A DNA stretch of 64,000 nt from Auanema rhodensis (taxonomy: Eukaryota; Animalia; Nematoda), in NCBI GenBank assembly GCA_964057225.1, contig OZ059896.1:868001-932000 (forward strand), in the 5' to 3' direction. Below the pieces are notes generated by a model. That model did not search any database. It saw only the letters and a list, made by a program, of their open reading frames with translations, and was not told the origin of the DNA. Position 1 is the first letter of the stretch. The number at the start of each line of letters is the position of its first letter. A program made the translations under genes and the position numbers. Below are positions 58,401 to 64,000 of the stretch, in pieces.

Positions 58401-61030
58401 TCTCTTTATCTTTCACGTGAAGCGAGTTACATACCAAGTGCACATCACGTGTACATTTAATTAGCATAAATTAAAGTTCACGTAAATTTCAAAGTCATGG
58501 TTACCATGCACCAATATCAATAAAAATTTGTTTTTAGACTAATATGAACATGGGGAATCTAATTTTGAAAACCGCATCTCTTTATCTTTCACGTGAAGCG
58601 AGTTACATACCAAGTGCACATCACGTGTACATTTAATTAGCATAAATTAAAGTTCACGTAAATTTCAAAGTCATGGTTACCATGAACCAATATCAATAAA
58701 AATTTGTTTTTAGACTAATATGGACATGGGGAATCTAATTTTAAAAACCGCATCTCTTTATCTCTCACGTGAAGCGAGTTACATACCAAGTGCACATCAC
58801 GTGTACATTTAATTAGCATAAATTAAAGTTCACGTAAATTTCAAAGTCATGGTTACCATGCACCAATATCAATAAAAATTTGTTTTTAGACTAAAATGGA
58901 CATGGGGAATCTAATTTTGAAAACCGCATCTCTTTATCTTTCACGTGAAGCGAGTTACATACCAAGTGCACATCACGTGTACATTTAATTAGCATAAATT
59001 AAAGTTCACGTAAATTTCAAAGTCATGGTTACCATGAACCAATATCAATAAAAATTTGTTTTTAGACTAAAATGGACATGGGGAATCTAATTTTGAAAAC
59101 CGCATCTCTTTATCTTTCACGTGAAGCGAGTTACACACCAAGTGCACATCACGTGTACATTTAATTAGCATAAATTAAAGTTCACGTAAATTTCAAAGTC
59201 ATGGTTACCATGAACCAATATCAATAAAAATTTGTTTTTAGACTAATATGGACATGGGGAATCTAATTTTTAAACCGCATCTCTTTATCTTTCACGTGAA
59301 GCGAGTTACATACCAAGTGCACATCACGTGTACATTTAATTAGCATAAATTAAAGTTCACGTAAATTTCAAAGTCATGGTTACCATGAACCAATATCAAT
59401 AAAAATTTGTTTTTAGACTAATATGGACATGGGGAATCTAATTTTGAAAACCGCATCTTTTTATCTTTCACGTGAAGCGAGTTACATACCAAGTGCACAT
59501 CACGTGTACATTTAATTAGCATAAATTAAAGTTCACGTAAATTTCAAAGTCATGGTTACCATGAACCAATATCAATAAAAATTTGTTTTTAGACTAATAT
59601 GGACATGGGGAATCTAATTTTGAAAACCGCATCTCTTTATCTTTCACGTGAAGCGAGTTACATACCAAGTGCACATCACGTGTACATTTAATTAGCATAA
59701 ATTAAAGTTCACGTAAATTTCAAAGTCATGGTTACCATGAACCAATATCAATAAAAATTTGTTTTTAGACTAATATGGACATGGGGAATCTAATTTTGAA
59801 AACCGCATCTCTTTATCTTTCACGTGAAGCGAGTTACATACCAAGTGCACATCACGTGTACATTTAATTAGCATAAATTAAAGTTCACGTAAATTTCAAA
59901 GTCATGGTTACCATGAACCAATATCAATAAAAATTTGTTTTTAGACTAATATGGACATGGGGAATCTAATTTTAAAAACCGCATCTCTTTATCTTTCACG
60001 TGAAGCGAGTTACATACCAAGTGCACATCACGTGTACATTTAATTAGCATAAATTAAAGTTCACGTAAATTTCAAAGTCATGGTTACCATGCACCAATAT
60101 CAATAAAAATTTGTTTTTAGACTAATATGGACATGGGGAATCTAATTTTGAAAACCGCATCTCTTTATCTTTCACGTGAAGCGAGTTACATACCAAGTGC
60201 ACATCACGTGTACATTTAATTAGCATAAATTAAAGTTCACGTAAATTTCAAAGTCATGGTTACCATGAACCAATATCAATAAAAATTTGTTTTTAGACTA
60301 ATATGGACATGGGGAATCTAATTTTGAAAACCGCATCTCTTTATCTTTCACGTGAAGCGAGTTACATACCAAGTGCACATCACGTGTACATTTAATTAGC
60401 ATAAATTAAAGTTCACGTAAATTTCAAAGTCATGGTTACCATGAACCAATATCAATAAAAATTTGTTTTTAGACTAATATGGACATGGGGAATCTAATTT
60501 TGAAAACCGCATCTCTTTATCTCTCACGTGAAGCGAGTTACATACCAAGTGCACATCACGTGTACATTTAATTAGCATAAATTAAAGTTCACGTAAATTT
60601 CAAAGTCATGGTTACCATGAACCAATATCAATAAAAATTTGTTTTTAGACTAATATGGACATGGGGAATCTAATTTTGAAAACCGCATCTCTTTATCTCT
60701 CACGTGAAGCGAGTTACATACCAAGTGCACATCACGTGTACATTTAATTAGCATAAATTAAAGTTCACGTAAATTTCAAAGTCATGGTTACCATGAACCA
60801 ATATCAATAAAAATTTGTTTTTAGACTAATATGGACATGGAGAATCTAATTTTGAAAACCGCATCTCTTTATCTTTCACGTGAAGCGAGTTACATACCAA
60901 GTGCACATCACGTGTACATTTAATTAGCATAAATTAAAGTTCACGTAAATTTCAAAGTCATGGTTACCATGAACCAATATCAATAAAGATTTGTTTTTAG
61001 ACTAATATGGACATGGGGAATCTAATTTTG
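37400..61030 (+). repeat. Sub-domain D: HORs of ~11-13 monomers with a separate variant set
   Basis: Markers CTCTCACG, CCGAGTG, CACGCGAA+ATAACAAG+GCAGAT, ACTAAAAT, TACACACC and TTTTTAAAA are not seen upstream of ~38.8 kb. Periods are 1936 (48911/50847), and 2287 and 2111 (53316/55603/57714). The left boundary is approximate. Confidence 0.88.
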
Positions 61031-61041
61031 TTGATATTGGT
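61022..61041. other. Strand-switch (inversion) junction within the satellite
   Basis: CTAATTTTG|TTGATATTGGT: the forward monomer ends at monomer position 58 (61030) and joins directly to the reverse complement starting at monomer position 11 (61031). No foreign sequence is inserted. Confidence 0.97.
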
Positions 61042-64000
61042 GCATGGTAACCATGACTTTGAAATTTACGTGAACTTTAATTTATGCTAATTAAATGTAC
61101 ACGTGATGTGCACTTGGTATGTAACTCGCTTCACGTGAAAGATAAAGAGATGCGGTTTTCAAAATTAGATTCCCCATGTCCATATTAGTCTAAAAACAAA
61201 TTTTTATTGATATTGGTTTATGGTAACCATGACTTTGAAATTTACGTGAACTTTAATTTATGCTAATTAAATGTACACGTGATGTGCACTTGGTATGTAA
61301 CTCGCTTCACGTGAAAGATAAAGAGATGCGGTTTTCAAAGTTAGATTCCCCATGTCCATATTAGTCTAAAAACAAATTTTTATTGATATTGGTTCATGGT
61401 AACCATGACTTTGAAATTTACGTGAACTTTAATTTATGCTAATTAAATGTACACGTGATGTGCACTTGGTATGTAACTCGCTTCACGTGAAAGATAAAGA
61501 GATGCGGTTTTCAAAATTAGATTCCCCATGTCCATATTAGTCTAAAAACAAATTTTTATTGATATTGGTTCATGGTAACCATGACTTTGAAATTTACGTG
61601 AACTTTAATTTATGCTAATTAAATGTACACGTGATGTGCACTTGGTATGTAACTCGCTTCACGTGAAAGATAAAGAGATGCGGTTTTCAAAATTAGATTC
61701 CCCATGTCCATATTAGTTTAAAAACAAATTCTTATTGATATTGGTTCATGGTAACCATGACTTTGAAATTTACGTGAATTTTAATTTATGCTAATTAAAT
61801 GTACACGTGATGTGCACTTGGTATGTAACTCGCTTCACTTGAAAGATAAAGAGATGCGGTTTTCAAAATTAGATTCCCCATGTCCATATTAATTTAAAAA
61901 CAAATTCTTATTGATATTGGTTCATGGTAACCATGACTTTGAAATTTACGTGAACTTTAATTTATGCTAATTAAATGTACACGTGATGTGCACTTGGTAT
62001 GTAACTCGCTTCACGTGAAAGATAAAGAGATGCGGTTTTCAAAATTAGATTCCCCATGTCCATATTAGTCTAAAAACAAATTTTTATTGATATTGGTTCA
62101 TGGTAACCATGACTTTGAAATTTACGTGAACTTTAATTTATGCTAATTAAATGTACACGTGATGTGCACTTGGTATGTAACTCGCTTCACGTGAAAGATA
62201 AAGAGATGCGGTTTTCAAAATTAGATTCCCCATGTCCATATTAGTTTAAAAACAAATTTTTATTGATATTGGTTCATGGTAACCATGACTTTGAAATTTA
62301 CGTGAACTTTAATTTATGCTAATTAAATGTACACGTGATGTGCACTTGGTATTTAACTCGCTTCACTTGAAAGATAAAGAGATGCGGTTTTCAAAATTAG
62401 ATTCCCCATGTCCATATTAGTCTAAAAACAAATTTTTATTGATATTGGTTCATGGTAACCATGACTTTGAAATTTACGTGAACTTTAATTTATGCTAATT
62501 AAATGTACACGTGATGTGCACTTGGTATGTAACTCGCTTCACGTGAAAGATAAAGAGATGCGGTTTTCAAAATTAGATTCTCCATGTCCATATTAGTCTA
62601 AAAACAAATTTTTATTGATATTGGTGCATGGTAACCATGAGTTTGAAATTTACGTGAACTTTAATTTATGCTAATTAAATGTACACGTGATGTGCACTTG
62701 GTATGTAACTCGCTTCACGTGAAAGATAAAAAGATGCGGTTTTCAAAATTAGATTCCCCATGTCCATATTAGTCTAAAAACAAAATTTTATTGATATTGG
62801 TGCATGGTAACCATGACTTTGAATTTTACGTGAACTTTAATTTATGCTAATTAAATGTACACGTGATGTGTACTTGGTATGTAACTCGCTTCACGTGAAA
62901 GATAAAGAGATGCGGTTTTCAAAATTAGAATCCCCATGTCCATATTAGTCTAAAAACAAAATTTTATTGATATTGGTGCATGGTAACCATGAGTTTGAAA
63001 TTTACGTGAACTTTAATTTATGCTAATTAAATGTACACGTGATGTGTACTTGGTATGTAACTCGCTTCACGTGAAAGATAAAGAGATGCGGTTTTCAAAA
63101 TTAGATTCCCCATGTCCATATTAGTTTGAAAACAAATTTTTATTGATATTGGTGCATGGTAACCATGACTTTGAAATTTACGTGAACTTTAATTTATGCT
63201 AATTAAATGTACACGTGATGTGCACTTGGTATGTAACTCGCTTCACGTGGAAGATAAAGAGATGCGGTTTTTAAAAATGGATTCTCCATGTCCATATTAG
63301 TCTAAAACAAATTTTTATTGATATTGGTGCATGGTAACCATGACTTTGAAATTTACGTGAACTTTAATTTATGCTAATTAAATGTACACGTGATGTGCAC
63401 TTGGTATATAACTCGCTTCACGTGAAAGATAAAGAGATGCGGTTTTCAAAATTAGATTCCCCATGTCCATATTAGTCTAAAAACAAAATTTTATTGATAT
63501 TGGTGCATGGTAACCATGAGTTTGAAATTTACGTGAACTTTAATTTATGCTAATTAAATGTACACGTGATGTGCACTTGGTATGTAACTCGCTTCACGTG
63601 AAAGATAAAGAGATGCGGTTTTCAAAATTAGATTCCCCATGTCCATATTAGTCTAAAAACAAAATTTTATTGATATTGGTGCATGGTAACCATGACTTTG
63701 AAATTTACGTGAACTTTAATTTATGCTAATTAAATGTACACGTGATGTGCACTTGGTATGTAACTCGCTTCACGTGAAAGATAAAGAGATGCGGTTTTTA
63801 AAAATAGATTCTCCATGTCCATATTAGTCTAAAAACAAATTTTTATTGATATTGGTGCATGGTAACCATGAGTTTGAAATTTACGTGAACTTTAATTTAT
63901 GCTAATTAAATGTACACGTGATGTGCACTTGGTATGTAACTCGCTTCACGTGAAAGATAAAGAGATGCGGTTTTCAAAATTAGATTCTCCATGTCCATAT
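61031..64000 (-). repeat. Same 176-bp satellite in inverted orientation (11 bp + 16 full monomers + 144 bp, runs off the window)
   Basis: From 61031 the sequence reads TTGATATTGGTGCATGGTAACCATGACTTTGAAATTTACGTGAAC..., the reverse complement of the monomer. The period is 176, with one 1-bp deletion near 63305. Confidence 0.99.

Larger units (their letters stand above)
1..61030 (+). repeat. 176-bp tandem satellite array, forward block (347 full monomers + 58 bp); probable centromeric/pericentromeric satellite
   Basis: Consensus monomer: ACCAATATCAATAAAAATTTGTTTTTAGACTAATATGGACATGGGGAATCTAATTTTGAAAACCGCATCTCTTTATCTTTCACGTGAAGCGAGTTACATACCAAGTGCACATCACGTGTACATTTAATTAGCATAAATTAAAGTTCACGTAAATTTCAAAGTCATGGTTACCATGA. 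It restarts at 1, 177, 353, 529 ... 60973, head-to-tail with no unique spacer; 56/176 bases are G+C. The centromeric label is an inference from monomer length and architecture; the confidence refers to the satellite call. Confidence 0.99.

Noticed and set aside
61022-61041. Transposon or MITE at the junction
   Set aside because: Every base is assignable to satellite on one strand or the other. There is no inserted element, TIR pair or convincing TSD.
1-64000. CRISPR array or other repeat-spacer system
   Set aside because: There are no unique spacers: the entire 176 bp repeats. No cas or other genes are present.
60984-64000. Fold-back chimeric read or assembly artefact as the cause of the inversion
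   Set aside because: The inverted arm does not mirror the variants of the adjacent forward arm and has recurrent private alleles. A misjoin of two real arrays still needs read-level exclusion.

Overview
The whole 64 kb window is one AT-rich (~32% GC) tandem satellite with a 176-bp monomer. It contains no genes, RNA genes or transposons. Positions 1-61030 hold 347 complete monomers plus a 58-bp partial one in a single orientation. My indel census reconciles exactly with the coordinates: 347x176, +5 two-bp insertions, -13 eight-bp deletions, -6 one-bp deletions = 60972. At 61030/61031 the array switches strand, and the last 2970 bp are the same satellite reverse-complemented (11 bp + 16 monomers + 144 bp) with their own variants. 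Monomers differ from consensus at only 0-4 positions, but shared variants define successive sub-domains with locally amplified, variable-length higher-order repeats (4-, 6-, 9-, 11-, 12-, 13- and 20-mers). The monomer is rich in short dyads and carries three TCACGT cores 32-33 bp apart. Nucleosome-sized monomers, high homogeneity, HOR layering and a strand switch are typical of eukaryotic centromeric or pericentromeric satellite. Centromere function and the organism cannot be established from sequence alone, and I do not recognise the family. All 60-aa ORFs are repeat artefacts.
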